A stretch of 64,000 bases of DNA from an uncultured Bifidobacteriaceae bacterium (GCA_964451025.1 CAYVHC010000002.1:10077-74076), one strand, 5' to 3'; counted from the first letter of the stretch, positions 49,598-62,596 are shown. Notes: generated from the sequence alone by a model not told the origin. Translations and numbers: made by a program.

Positions 49598-49720
49598 ATT
49601 CCGAGCACGACGTGCACGGAAATTGTCATAACGTCGTAATGTTCCTCAGTACATCGGGTAGACGCGCAGGTGTGCACTGAAGCACACGCGTCGAAGCGGC
49701 CATAGAAAGAGAGGAATCCG

Positions 49721-51265
49721 ATGGACGAATGCGAATGCGATCAGATTGTATCGTTGGAAAAGCTCGTGCGTTGCGACGAGTATTCGGAATCCTCCTTGGA
49801 AGACGGTCGCGGGTATTACAAGCTGCGATCGCGTGGCAAAGGTAGGAGGCGATCCGCTTCGAAATCGTTGCGGCCGCGTCACAGGCCATCGCAGATAATA
49901 GCGCCCGCGGGCGGCATGTTCGACAGGGAGGATGGCGTGCCGCCGCAGTTGCGCCGATTGGGATTATGCGAGGACGACCTGACTCCGCGGGTGCCCTTGG
50001 AATCCATGGGGCCTGTGGTGGCACGCTGTCTTCAGGAAGACCGGGCGACCGTGTTGGGCGCCTATGCGCAGTTTCTGCGGGCGATTGGTGTCAATCCTCA
50101 GGGCAGGGCGCGGTGCGTCCAGGAGATTGACGCCATCCACGATGCCTTCTTCGATTGGTTTGCCTACGATTACACGTATGCCGATGGGGTGACGGTGCTG
50201 GAGAATTTTCTGATGGAGAACGCCGCAGGAGTGCATCAGTTGACGCATGAACGTGTCAAGGCATTATGGTCGGTGCTCAATTGCTCCATTGAAGGGGCGT
50301 TCCTTGTAGAGAGGGTGTTGGCGTTTGCAAGGCTCACGATGCTAAGAAGCCTGCAAGATGGTTTCAAGCTGTACGTAGAGGATTCGATGTTGTCTCTGAG
50401 CCTGTTAGGATGCGAAAACACATTTATAGCCGGTCGTTTCACTCAGTTCGGTCCGGTGTGGCGTCCGTCTGCCCGGCCATTCCACATTCCCACGCCCTAT
50501 CGTACCGTGGTGCCGGGGGCGATCGACGACCTGACGGCGGTGCGTGTGCGCTCACAGAGGTCTCAGCAACGGATGTCCCGTCGCAGAGCGCTTGGTTCCT
50601 TCGCCATGCGCGGCACGCATGGGACGCTGTTTGCTGGTGTGCCTGACGCTTTCGTGCCTGACCCTGTGAACAGTGCGTCATTGGAATGGTTCATGGCGTC
50701 GGGGACCTTTGACCTCTCGCAGTTTGTGCCGATGATGCCAGGGGATGTCGATGGTGGTGGCGAAGGTGTCGAAGGTACTGAAAGAGCCGGTGGCAATGTT
50801 TTGATCGGCAGGAACAAGAAACGAGGGAAAGGTGGTGGAAAAGCCCAAGCGGCCGTTGAAACGGGAGGCAACGTTGAAGGAGGGACTTCCTCCAGAGGCG
50901 ACGCTGACAGGGACAACGCTGACAGAGGGCGCTCTGAGCGAGGAGACTGTGCCCGGGGGAGAAAGAGCAGAAAGGCACAAGGGAAGGCGGGGAATCGCGA
51001 CACGTCGCTGTCGGATCGCAATGCCTTCGATTACGGCGATGAGTATGTTGATCTGACGTATCGGATGCCGTTGGCTGATTGCCGGAATTCACATGGGCAT
51101 ATTTGCGATGCCAAGGATCACGTGATTGCTGGTATGAGTTACTTGCAATTGTTGGGAATGGTGTTTTGCGCTCCAGGGGAGGAACCTTACGATCAGCATG
51201 GTTACGAGTCGCGTGATTACATGATGATCTGCAACGAATTGTTCGACATGGGAATCATGGTTTAG
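49721..51265 (+). CDS. Hypothetical protein
   Basis: 514-aa ORF with GAGG SD; central FFDWFAYDY...LENFL region resembles helical domains often found with SEC-C motifs. Confidence 0.7.
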   Translation: MDECECDQIVSLEKLVRCDEYSESSLEDGRGYYKLRSRGKGRRRSASKSLRPRHRPSQIIAPAGGMFDREDGVPPQLRRLGLCEDDLTPRVPLESMGPVVARCLQEDRATVLGAYAQFLRAIGVNPQGRARCVQEIDAIHDAFFDWFAYDYTYADGVTVLENFLMENAAGVHQLTHERVKALWSVLNCSIEGAFLVERVLAFARLTMLRSLQDGFKLYVEDSMLSLSLLGCENTFIAGRFTQFGPVWRPSARPFHIPTPYRTVVPGAIDDLTAVRVRSQRSQQRMSRRRALGSFAMRGTHGTLFAGVPDAFVPDPVNSASLEWFMASGTFDLSQFVPMMPGDVDGGGEGVEGTERAGGNVLIGRNKKRGKGGGKAQAAVETGGNVEGGTSSRGDADRDNADRGRSERGDCARGRKSRKAQGKAGNRDTSLSDRNAFDYGDEYVDLTYRMPLADCRNSHGHICDAKDHVIAGMSYLQLLGMVFCAPGEEPYDQHGYESRDYMMICNELFDMGIMV

Positions 51266-51453
51266 GGCACTCGATGGTGCATGGAAGGAAGCTCGGACAG
51301 GAACGGGCGACGATGATGTGGAACGGATAGGTGCGGCATGGAGCGGCGCGGATAATAATGATCACGGTCCGATGGCATGGAGTCATCGGACCGCGATCAT
51401 TATTCAGGCTTTCGTCAAACATCGTGTGGCGGAAGCAAACCAATCACACTGAT

Positions 51454-52008
51454 TTACAACGTTTCAGGCTTGCCAGGGTGGGCATTGGCGAAATCTTCGA
51501 TGGTGAAATCCGTGCCATCGCTCAAATTCGCATGGAAATTGCTGCCTGGCGTAGGTTGGTACAGGTTCTCGGCGTTGGTGATGTCGCCACCGTTGTCAAG
51601 GAAGAAATCCGCACCTTCCACGCCGGCGGGGATGGTGATGACGGCGGAATAATAGCCGTTGCCCGCCTTGCGCAGCGGATATCCGGGCGCGCAAGTCCAT
51701 CCGTCGAAGCTGCCGCGGATGTAATAAGCCTCCTGCTTCCATGCCGAGGCGTTGAAATAAACCGTGATTGCGCGGTCGGAGGTGAGGAATCCGATTCGGT
51801 GGTACGCGGGATACACATCGCGGCTTTCGATGACGCCGGCTTCCACAAGGTCGTGGCTCTTCTTGAGGAGCCAGTTATATGAACGTCCCAAGGCCTTTGC
51901 GGCATCCTTGATGTTCATCTGGGTCGTTAGTGCGTTGATGACTTCCTCATCGGAAACAGATGCGTTCGTCGATGCCTGTGCTGTGGTTGATTTTGCCTTT
52001 TTTACCAT
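51454..52008 (-). CDS. Small protein with N-terminal HTH and C-terminal CBM25/26-like starch-binding domain
   Basis: NIKDAAKALGRSYNWL HTH; ITVYFN...W...YIRG...WTCAPGYPL...GYYSAVI; GGGAG SD. Confidence 0.7.
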   Translation of the reverse strand: MVKKAKSTTAQASTNASVSDEEVINALTTQMNIKDAAKALGRSYNWLLKKSHDLVEAGVIESRDVYPAYHRIGFLTSDRAITVYFNASAWKQEAYYIRGSFDGWTCAPGYPLRKAGNGYYSAVITIPAGVEGADFFLDNGGDITNAENLYQPTPGSNFHANLSDGTDFTIEDFANAHPGKPETL

Positions 52009-52151
52009 ATTCACTCCCATGAATGCTTCTCAATAGGTCATGGACCTTTCTCGGTCACATCATGTGCTTTCGTAGCATGACAATTGCCACTGTAGCGCGA
52101 AAGGGTAACAAGGGGTACTCAGAAGGCAACAGGAAAGTAAACAATGCAACG

Positions 52152-52201
52152 AAAAATGTGGTCTCACCACAAAATTCATTGATGAAAGTGGTGCGACCAC
52201 A
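52152..52201 (-). terminator. Intrinsic terminator of murI
   Basis: TGTGGTCTCACCAC / GTGGTGCGACCACA stem followed by a U-run on the minus strand. Confidence 0.65.
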
Positions 52202-52249
52202 CAATTGCATGGGGGGAAACGGTATGGATGGATGGGGCCGATACCGTGT

Positions 52250-53074
52250 TCAGTGCAGCGGCGTTTCGAGCAGTGTGCGCTCCAAGTCGAGAGCGCTCTT
52301 GTCCGGTGATGAATTCATCAATGTCACCTGCCCTTGTTCAAAGGCATGCGCGGATGCCGATTGCGAATCGTCGTCTTCTGGCTGAGGAGCCAGCTTTCCC
52401 AAGGATTCCAGCACGACGCCGAGATGACGCACGGTTCCTTCGTTGCCGTCGACAATCGCGACATTGTCAGGCATGAATTGGCGGAAGTACGACCTGTAGA
52501 AAATGAAATGTGTGCAGCCAAGCACCACGGAATCAACATGCAGCAGGTCATATTTGTCGAAGTACCCATGCAAGGTGCGCATCACCAGGTCACGGTCGTC
52601 GAGCTTGCCGTTTTCCACGATGGTCACCAGGTCGGGGCAGGGCTGCTTTTCAATCGTATGAGAGTCTTGGAAACGTGACATGAGCCGTGCGAACTTGCGC
52701 TCGCGCAACGTGAGCGGAGTGGCTGCGACAATGACATGCTGGGGTTTGCCTTCGCCGCGATCGCAGGCGAGTTTCAAAGCAGGTTCCATGCCAATCACCG
52801 GTACGTCATAACGTTCGCGCATTTGCGTGATGCAGGCGCTGGTGGCCGTATTGCAGGCCACGACGAGCGCCTTGGCGCCCATGTCGAGCAGCCTATCCGC
52901 GATGTCGAAGCAGTAGCCTTGAATCTCTTCGACCGTCTTGAGGCCGTAGGGAGCGTGGGCGGAATCGCCATAAAAGATCACATTTTCATACGGCATGTCA
53001 TGGCGTATCTGGCGCACAACGCTGATGCCGCCCATGCCTGAATCAAACACTCCGATTGGTGCGTTGTTGCTCAC
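52250..53074 (-). CDS. murI: Glutamate racemase
   Basis: [22 protein letters not shown]; GTG start after GGAGG. Confidence 0.95.
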   Translation of the reverse strand: MSNNAPIGVFDSGMGGISVVRQIRHDMPYENVIFYGDSAHAPYGLKTVEEIQGYCFDIADRLLDMGAKALVVACNTATSACITQMRERYDVPVIGMEPALKLACDRGEGKPQHVIVAATPLTLRERKFARLMSRFQDSHTIEKQPCPDLVTIVENGKLDDRDLVMRTLHGYFDKYDLLHVDSVVLGCTHFIFYRSYFRQFMPDNVAIVDGNEGTVRHLGVVLESLGKLAPQPEDDDSQSASAHAFEQGQVTLMNSSPDKSALDLERTLLETPLH

Positions 53075-53505
53075 TGTTGCCTCCTGTTGTCGCGTGTGAC
53101 TGCATTCGTCGCATGCACTCGGTGGTGATGCACGACCATGTATGCGCAAGCGGATGTGTGATTGTGTCTGTCTGCCAAGTCTGTTGCGTGCTCGATATGG
53201 TAGCCGATGGATTCACCATGCATCTTCTGTGTGATTATGCATGCTTGCCAAACCTGTTGCATGGCTGGTGTGTCTGTTGCATGGCGGGTGCGTTTTGTGC
53301 TGTCTGCCGCTGCTATTCACCGTTGCTGTCCGCCTTTGGTGACTGGTTGGTGATGCGCACCGCAAGGGCAGTTTGCGCAGTGAAATGATGCTGTTGATGA
53401 TGCTGTGGTGCACACCGTTGATGACGCTGTACGCCACAGCATGGCGGTGGGCATTGGCAGATTCTCGAAAAGGAACCAAAGGAACTTGCAGGGAAGGCGA
53501 TCTTT

Positions 53506-54345
53506 TTAAGAAAGAAAGTCTTCGATTGCCTGTGCGTCGCTGTATCCCTGACGGTACATCATCGCCATTCCTTCCTTCGTGCGTTTCAGTGTATCGAGTC
53601 CATAGAGCTTCCTCGGGGCAAGGATCAGTACTCGTCCTGACTTCTCCCACATACGCGCCTGTGTCGACTCAGAATTGTAGGTGCGTGCGCGGTACCACAT
53701 GGAACGGGCGGCGTTGGGATATGTGCGACTGAGAATCCTTGCGGGCAGCTCATCCTTTTTCTGCGGGCGGATCCATGCCTTGGGGTGCGTAAGAACGATG
53801 ATGATCTTGTCGCATCCGTCTTGATAGGCCTTGCGCCAGGGGATGGGGTCGGCGATTCCTCCATCAAAGTAGGGCACGCCGTCAACCACATAGGGATGGT
53901 TGACGACAGGAACTGCGCTTGAAGCCTTGCAGATGGCGTAATCATCCCGCCTCATGCGGCTTTTGGGAAAATAATGGGCTTTGCCTGTGGTTGCGTCCGC
54001 CGCAACCGTGGTGAAATCCGTCGGATTCGACTGGAACGCATCAAAGTCGAGCGGATACTCGCCATCGTGGTTCGAAAGGACGCTGTAGATGTAATCGAGA
54101 TTGATGAAATCGCCGGTCTGCCGGAAGTTGTACCAGCTGGCGTATTCACGGCGGAACGAATATTCCATATAAAACTTGTAGGAACGCTGGTATTGCCCGG
54201 CGAGGAAGGAAGCGAGATTGGCGCTTCCGGCGGACACTCCATAGCAATGGTCAAAGGAAATGCCGTGTTTGAGGCAGAAATCGTCGATTCCGGTTCCATA
54301 CACCGCGCGGTATCCGCCGCCTACATCGATCAATGCGGTCTTCAT
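53506..54345 (-). CDS. Patatin-like phospholipase family protein
   Basis: GGGYRA, GVSAG, ASSAVP, DGG. Confidence 0.9.
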   Translation of the reverse strand: MKTALIDVGGGYRAVYGTGIDDFCLKHGISFDHCYGVSAGSANLASFLAGQYQRSYKFYMEYSFRREYASWYNFRQTGDFINLDYIYSVLSNHDGEYPLDFDAFQSNPTDFTTVAADATTGKAHYFPKSRMRRDDYAICKASSAVPVVNHPYVVDGVPYFDGGIADPIPWRKAYQDGCDKIIIVLTHPKAWIRPQKKDELPARILSRTYPNAARSMWYRARTYNSESTQARMWEKSGRVLILAPRKLYGLDTLKRTKEGMAMMYRQGYSDAQAIEDFLS

Positions 54346-54624
54346 TTTCTCTATCTCCTGGTTGCGCAATGGTCACGGGTATGCGCATAACCCGGTTGTC
54401 TCGTTCAAGTCTAGCGACATCGAGAGCACGCGTGGGGATTACATGTGCCGGTGATGGCGCATGCAGCGAAGACAGGTCTTCTTCCCCTATCGCGCCATAC
54501 CGAGTCCTGTGCAGAAATGGCGCATGCGTCAGAAAAGGACGGGAATGATCAAAGAATTGTTTCGCTATGGGCTCAAAGGATGCTCGACCCGGAATTGCTG
54601 GGGCTGCGGCGTACTATGGGTCGC

Positions 54625-55584
54625 ATGACGATTCCACGCACTGTATACAAGGGGCACGGCACGGCCAATGATTTCGTGCTGTATGCCGATCCCGATGGAA
54701 GCCTGCAGCCGTCGGATGGGGAGATTCGTTTTCTGTGCGACCGGCACAAGGGCTTGGGAGCCGATGGTTTGCTCAGGCTCGTTCCCACGCGTTTCTATGC
54801 GAGCATTCCGCAGCTCGATGCTCAGGAAGCAGAAAGGCTCATCGAGCAGGGTGCCGAATGGTTCATGGACTATTACAACGCCGATGGAAGCGTCGCAGAG
54901 ATGTGCGGCAATGGTTCGCGCGTCATCTCGCTGTTCGCCAAACGACTGGGGTACTGGGATAGTTCAGCCCAGCATACATTCGTGCTGGGCACGCGAGCCG
55001 GCGTCAAACGCTTGGATTTCCTGGGGGAAGTCGAAGGACTGGGCCGTAACGTGCTGCATGTCGATATGGGGCCGTGGTCGAAGGGTGACGATGGGAGGCT
55101 CCGTGTCTCCCTTGCCAATACCCCGGGCAGTGTGCGAGGAACATATGTCAACATGGGCAATCCCCATGTGGTGTGCCTCGTGGATGACTTGTCAGGTCGC
55201 ATCGGTGGCGTCGATACCGAGCTGCCGGGTGTGGAAGCCTTGGACCTGTCCCGTCCGCCAATCGTGCAGCCGCCGTTGGAAAACGGGCAGAACGTGGAGT
55301 TCGTGCGTCTTGAAAGCATCAGGGAGGACGACCGTGGCTACGCATACATGCGTGTGAATGAACGGGGCGTGGGTGAAACGATGTCCTGCGGCACGGGATT
55401 GTGCGCCACAGCGGTTGTGCTCTCGTCGAAGACGGGCGTGAACGAGTGGTATATCCGCATTCGTGGAGGCGTGGTGAAGGTGAAAGTGACGCCTTCAAGC
55501 GTGGAGCTTACCGGCGATGCCAGGATCATTGGCAAAGTCGAGTTCCTCGATGATGCGAATGACCCATCTGTCACTTTCTGCTGA
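54625..55584 (+). CDS. dapF: Diaminopimelate epimerase
   Basis: HGTANDF, NADGSVAEMCGNG, MGNPH, NVEF, ERGVGETMSCGTG. Confidence 0.95.
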   Translation: MTIPRTVYKGHGTANDFVLYADPDGSLQPSDGEIRFLCDRHKGLGADGLLRLVPTRFYASIPQLDAQEAERLIEQGAEWFMDYYNADGSVAEMCGNGSRVISLFAKRLGYWDSSAQHTFVLGTRAGVKRLDFLGEVEGLGRNVLHVDMGPWSKGDDGRLRVSLANTPGSVRGTYVNMGNPHVVCLVDDLSGRIGGVDTELPGVEALDLSRPPIVQPPLENGQNVEFVRLESIREDDRGYAYMRVNERGVGETMSCGTGLCATAVVLSSKTGVNEWYIRIRGGVVKVKVTPSSVELTGDARIIGKVEFLDDANDPSVTFC

Positions 55585-55634
55585 CAGTCAGGATGGCAGT
55601 GTGAGGAAAGGCACGCATCATCAGCTGTGATGCG

Positions 55635-55682
55635 TATGCAGGCGGCCCGGATCGGGATTTACCCGTCCGGGCCGCCTGCATA
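55635..55682. terminator. Hairpin between convergent dapF and VKOR genes
   Basis: TATGCAGGCGGCCCGGA / TCCGGGCCGCCTGCATA. Confidence 0.75.
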
Positions 55683-55843
55683 TTTCATATCTCGTCGGTC
55701 TATTTCGATTGTGTCTTAGTGCGGTCCGCGGCTGTCTGCTGGATGTTCGCGGTGCATCGTTGTTAACGCTGGGAGCGAGGGAACGCTGTTGCAGTGGCAG
55801 TGCGATGACACGGCAAGACACGAGACAAGAAGACCGATGCAGA

Positions 55844-56590
55844 TCACGAGAAAATCGCGGCTCCATCCACGGCAAGGATGACAGCGACGATGGCCACGAT
55901 CCACACCACATCCACCAGCAGATCCACGCCAAGCCGGTAATAGGTGGCGAGTCTGCGCGGATGACTCGGCAGCTCTTGCACCGTCACTGTCGCGTGGGAA
56001 AGCGCCATGAATTGAATGGTCGTGGAGAACATCAGCAGGATGCACCACGGGCACAAGGCATTGATCACGAACAGGGACTGGGAGAGCAGCCAGTATGCAT
56101 ACAGCAGCGCTGCCAGGTTCCCTAGCCAGGCACATAGTGCGAACCATCGTGGAAAGATCACACGAGAGAGCCCGAGAACGGCGATTGTGATGAACACGGA
56201 TTCCGCCGCGATGCCGAAATACGCGTTGGGGAAGCTGAGGTTACCCAGCTTGATGATCTCCGCTTGCCATGATTGCGCCACAGTGGAGCAGGAGACCTTT
56301 GCGTTGAGGTCGCAATCGAGCAGCACATCAGGATGCCTCGCGGAATACAATGCGTCGGCGGACAGTATGAACGAGGCGATGATTGCGGCGACGCTTGCCA
56401 GCAGATGCAGCAGGTACAACCATGTCGAACGGTGACGCCACCCCGTGGGCATGGGGTGTTCCTCCAGGCTCGCCGCATCATCCTCCGCCCAATCCTTGTC
56501 ACTGGTGCTTTCCGTGGTTGGTGATTCTTCGTCAGGTTTTGTGGGTGCTGCGGACGATGACGCCAAAGCGGCGTTGCGGTGGTGTGACAT
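55844..56590 (-). CDS. Vitamin K epoxide reductase family protein
   Basis: CDLNAKVSCSTV loop cysteines, CPWC, multiple TM helices. Confidence 0.9.
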   Translation of the reverse strand: MSHHRNAALASSSAAPTKPDEESPTTESTSDKDWAEDDAASLEEHPMPTGWRHRSTWLYLLHLLASVAAIIASFILSADALYSARHPDVLLDCDLNAKVSCSTVAQSWQAEIIKLGNLSFPNAYFGIAAESVFITIAVLGLSRVIFPRWFALCAWLGNLAALLYAYWLLSQSLFVINALCPWCILLMFSTTIQFMALSHATVTVQELPSHPRRLATYYRLGVDLLVDVVWIVAIVAVILAVDGAAIFS

Positions 56591-56863
56591 ACAAACCTCG
56601 CTGTTTCGTATTGTTCGTTTACCTTTTACACAGTAGCCTATGATGTTCCGGTTGTTCATGGCGCCGTTTGGGGCAAACAGCATTTTGGCCGGTGCATCGC
56701 GCAATGGTGCGAGGGCGAGGCGTATGCATGGGGACAGGCTCATCGCAATGGGACGAGGGAAAGCTTTACCGTCGGAGGTTTACGCATGCATTGTGTGCGG
56801 TTGGCATGACGAATAGGACCATTGCTGGACGTGGAGAGGAAGCCTCACGCTACGATGGGTGGC

Positions 56864-57772
56864 ATGCTCGAGAACGAAGATACGAAACGTCTGGGGATGG
56901 CAGATGTCGAAGAGTCGCCGGCGCGCGGATGGGACCTGCATTGCCACACGCGTTTTTCCGATGGCACCACAACGCCTGAGGAATTCATCGCCGAAGCGCG
57001 GGAATTGGGCTTGCATGGTGTGGCAATCACGGATCATGATACTTGGAACGGTTGGGATCGGGCGGTGCAGGCTGCACGCCGATATGGCATGCCGTTGATT
57101 CGTGGCACCGAGATAACCGCTCACGTCGACCATACGAGCGTCCATATGCTCGCATACCTTTACAATCCCGACGATACGGGACTTGCACGCATGTTCGCCG
57201 ATACGCGGGCGGCGCGATTGGCGCGTGTGCGTGAGATGGTGAAGCGGATTTCGCAGGACTATCCCCAGATCACGTGGGAGGCGGTGCGTGCACAGGTCCG
57301 CGAGGGCACGCAGACCACGGTCGGACGCCCTCATATCGCAGATGCATTGGTGGCGGCAGGAATCTGTTCATCGCGCTCGCAAGCATTCGCAACAATAATC
57401 GCAACCACTAGCAAGTATTACATTCATGTGCCTTCGCCGACGCCGGTGCAGGTGGCGCAGACAGTCAAACGCGCTGGTGGGGCCGTGGTGCTGGCGCATG
57501 CTGGCGATCGTTCGCGAAACAAGCATCTGCTTTCCGATGATCGTATTATCGAACTCATCGATGCCGGGCTGGATGGCATCGAGATATGGCACCGGGGCAA
57601 TGATCCTGACCAGCGTGTGCGGCTTGCCGGATTTGTGCAGCGTTATGGCTTGCTCGCGATGGGCGGTTCGGATTGGCATGGCGCTGGCAAGCCGAATCTG
57701 CTGGGGGAAAACCTTACGCCGGACGCCACGGTCAAATCGCTGTGCGAAGGACGCTTCCTTTCAGTCGTGTAA
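56864..57772 (+). CDS. PHP domain metal-dependent phosphoesterase
   Basis: DLHCHTRFSDG, AITDHDT, GRPHIA, LAH, GGSDWHG. Confidence 0.92.
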   Translation: MLENEDTKRLGMADVEESPARGWDLHCHTRFSDGTTTPEEFIAEARELGLHGVAITDHDTWNGWDRAVQAARRYGMPLIRGTEITAHVDHTSVHMLAYLYNPDDTGLARMFADTRAARLARVREMVKRISQDYPQITWEAVRAQVREGTQTTVGRPHIADALVAAGICSSRSQAFATIIATTSKYYIHVPSPTPVQVAQTVKRAGGAVVLAHAGDRSRNKHLLSDDRIIELIDAGLDGIEIWHRGNDPDQRVRLAGFVQRYGLLAMGGSDWHGAGKPNLLGENLTPDATVKSLCEGRFLSVV

Positions 57773-58348
57773 GTGTCGGATGGACTCCGAATGAGCATGT
57801 ATCAGTGTCGGTGGCTGTTAGCCATTTGATCCATCCGTCTGGCCTGTGGCCATTTGATATTTCATCGCATGATGGTGGATTGTCGCTATGTGATTGTCTG
57901 ATACTTGGATTCTGGCATCCGGTTGCCCCATGCCGGCAATGGAATGCGCATGGGGTGGAAGCGATGGATGCGTCAAGACCCGTGATGCGCGCGTTAAGGA
58001 TGGACTCGCACCCTCCCAGAGCGGACGCTGGTAGAAGACGCTTGCGCCTGTACGTTGGCGATGGGTGCAATAGGGGCGCGATTTAATGGACGAAGTGTGA
58101 CGGTGCCAAGGCGTCAAGGTTCCAAGATGCCAAGGCGCGCATCGTGGCAGATCCATATAGCATGCAAAGCGCCTGACGGCATGCAATCGGTGTGGTGCTG
58201 TTACGCACACGCGAGGGATTATGCATGTCATCAGGCGCGTAATCGCTGGCTCACCATGGCGTGGTGCTGTCATGCTCTGTCATGCGTCGTCATGTGACGT
58301 CATGGACGCGCTCGCCAGCAATCGATGCAGAGAGCTGTTCTGGTCGTT

Positions 58349-59299
58349 TTATTCAGCGGTTTGCAGCTCGGTGCCTTCGAGATTGAAGTCGGACATGTGG
58401 TAGCTCTTGATCGCCGGATTCTCGTACGTGCTCTTGTAATAGGTGTCGGTCTTCGCCGAGAAGCCACTGGTATAAATGGTCTTCTCATACTGGCCGTTGC
58501 TCATGAGCGCGCAGCCGTCCACCATCGATGCGGAGTCAAGAGTGTGGAACAGGCGGGAGACGTTCGCTTCCTCCGTGTTCTGCGCCGGATAGTGGGCGTT
58601 CGTGTAGGCGGCGCGCACGAAACGCGACGGGGAGCTGTAATCGCCCGGGATGCCGCGCATACCAGAGCCGGAGCCCCATGCACTGAGTTCCTGGGTGCCC
58701 CACGTGACTGGTTCGGGAACTCGCGGATCCATGCTCAGGTAATTGCGCAGGTTCTCGGTATGCCAGTCGAAGGTCGGCTGGTTGGCGAGCACGTCAACGC
58801 CGTCATGATGCACATGGATGCCATCTGCCATCACTTCGATCACGATGCTGCGCTTGCCATCGCCGACGATCCAATGCAGGAACGAAACGGGATATTGGTC
58901 GTTGACTTGCTTGGCAACCACCGTGACGTTCTTCAAGGCTTCCTCGACCTCATCGACCGTGGAGAAGCTGCGGGCGATCCAGAAGGGCAGTTCATAGGCG
59001 GCGACATTGGTGGTGCCGTCCACCGGGGCGTCAGCGTACTGGGCGTACCCGGGGAAGTTCAGCCCTGCGACAGCCAGTCCTTCATCATTCGCGCAGTCGA
59101 AGTACATCGGCATGCCTTCGACGATGATTCCCACGCCCATGACCGGCTTGGGGTCGGCGACCGTCGCGTTAAACGCGACCGGCGCCTGGTATCCGCGCGG
59201 GGTCACAACGATTTTCTCGCCGTACGAGAACGACCAATCGAGGTTGCGGCCGAAATACATGTTTCCATTGTCATCGGCAAAGCGAACGCCAGTGCACAT
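58349..59299 (-). CDS. bsh: Bile salt hydrolase (choloylglycine hydrolase)
   Basis: MCTGVRF N-terminal nucleophile Cys, GRNLDW, NFPGYA, VLANQP, PGDYSSPSRFVR. Confidence 0.94.
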   Translation of the reverse strand: MCTGVRFADDNGNMYFGRNLDWSFSYGEKIVVTPRGYQAPVAFNATVADPKPVMGVGIIVEGMPMYFDCANDEGLAVAGLNFPGYAQYADAPVDGTTNVAAYELPFWIARSFSTVDEVEEALKNVTVVAKQVNDQYPVSFLHWIVGDGKRSIVIEVMADGIHVHHDGVDVLANQPTFDWHTENLRNYLSMDPRVPEPVTWGTQELSAWGSGSGMRGIPGDYSSPSRFVRAAYTNAHYPAQNTEEANVSRLFHTLDSASMVDGCALMSNGQYEKTIYTSGFSAKTDTYYKSTYENPAIKSYHMSDFNLEGTELQTAE

Positions 59300-60041
59300 G
59301 TCACTTACTCCTTACTCAATTCTCCTTGAGGAGTGTGCGGATCGTTCAAGAGTAGAACCGTTTTTCCTTGCGTATCTACGGTGGTGTTGCAGCATGACTC
59401 CCGCTGATTCCGCGGGGCGGGGAACCGCGCCACGAGTTGTGTGGGCGTTGTCACCACTGTCATCCGGTGCCGCTCTTTCGCAATGCGCGTTATTAACTTT
59501 TCACTTCACATCATAAATCTTCGCTCATGTGTCATCGGAGGTGTTCTGCCATACATCCATGGGAGGTTTGCCTTGGCATTACAAGGAAAAGGAAGGGGCG
59601 GCGACTGTGGGTGGAACAAGGGATTCTTGTGAAAACAGCAGGATATTCACAGGAAATTCATAGATTGCGGGTGCGGCGGTGTGGATTGGACGACGGAGGA
59701 GCAATAAGGCTTGGATTGTGTTGAGATGTTTGTGTTGAGATGCGAGAACGCTTTTGAGAAGTGGGAGGCTCTGCCACTCACATTCTTCAGTGGTTCTATG
59801 GCGCAACCAGGCTTAGGTGGTGTTGTGCTGGCTTGTCTTGGGGCAGGTCGGGTCGGAACAGGTCAGGTTGAGAAACGGTGGGGCGCAAGGCGGAGGAGAT
59901 ATAGGGCGTAGAGCGGGGTGAGATGCCGAAGCGGCGAGGCATGGGTCGGATTGAAACGTGACATGGAAGGGGTGATGAGGGCGGGCTGGATTGTGGCGCA
60001 TGAGTTGTGTGACTTTGAGAGATTTTCCTGAGAGCGAATAG

Positions 60042-61808
<1,767 letters not shown>

Positions 61809-61850
61809 TTCGGACGGGCACCAGGTGATGGTGCCTAATCCCTAAATCGC

Positions 61851-61950
61851 TCCCAGCACTCGGAGATTTCTGCCACTGACAGGCGTGAGAATCCCAACAC
61901 AGGGTTTCCACTCAGCCTGGCAGTGCAGGGATTCCGGTGCTGGGATTTTT
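61851..61950 (+). terminator. Long imperfect hairpin with T-run after groEL
   Basis: TCCCAGCAC...GTGCTGGGA closing a stem of about 95 nt, then TTTTT. Confidence 0.7.
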
Positions 61951-62213
61951 GTTGAGATACGGCAAACTGGATTGTCGGAGTGTGCTTCTCGCTATTGGCA
62001 CTCCTCGCTATTGGATTGCGTCATGGTGCGTGAATTGTGCCATGGCTGTTGGATTGCGCTTTGGCTGTCGTGATAACACGCGAATTGTGCTGTGCCCATC
62101 GATGATAAAGCACAGGGACTTCAGCGGTGACATGACCCGGGGTTTGATGATCATGCAGCATGCCATCAATGATGATGGGCGTGCCATTGATAGTGATGCT
62201 TGAGATGCTTCGG

Positions 62214-62545
62214 CATTGTGCAGTCCTGATAATTGTGCAGTCCTGATAGCTGTGTTTTGCTTTGACGCTTCATCGGTGTGATTGCTCTGAGCCCCATGCG
62301 TGTGATGTGCGCTAAGAACCCACACGCGGTCATACGACGCGTCGGTGCTGAGCCCCATGCGTGTGATGTGCGCTGAGCAGTCGATGCGTGGCATCCTTCT
62401 GCCGATGTCTCTTTGGTAGGCATGAACCACATGCAGATATGTCGCCTGTGCCCATTCATATCGGCGGGTCTGATGTAACACGTTGGCTTTCGTGTGCGTT
62501 GGCTTTTCGTGTGTGTTGGCTTTTCGTGTGTGTTGGCTTTTCGCA
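62214..62545. repeat. Mixed direct repeats (17-bp, 27-bp, 17-bp units)
   Basis: TTGTGCAGTCCTGATA x2; CTGAGCCCCATGCGTGTGATGTGCGCT x2; GTTGGCTTTTCGTGTG-like x4. Confidence 0.8.
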
Positions 62546-62596
62546 TGTAATGACTCATCGCATGTATTGACTGTTCGTGTGCGGGCATGGGAAAGT

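Noticed and set aside
62287-62374. Two 27-bp direct repeats at a 61-bp period resembling a type I-E mini-CRISPR
   Set aside because: Only two copies, no palindromic repeat stem, the spacer looks like a decayed copy of the unit, and there are no cas genes
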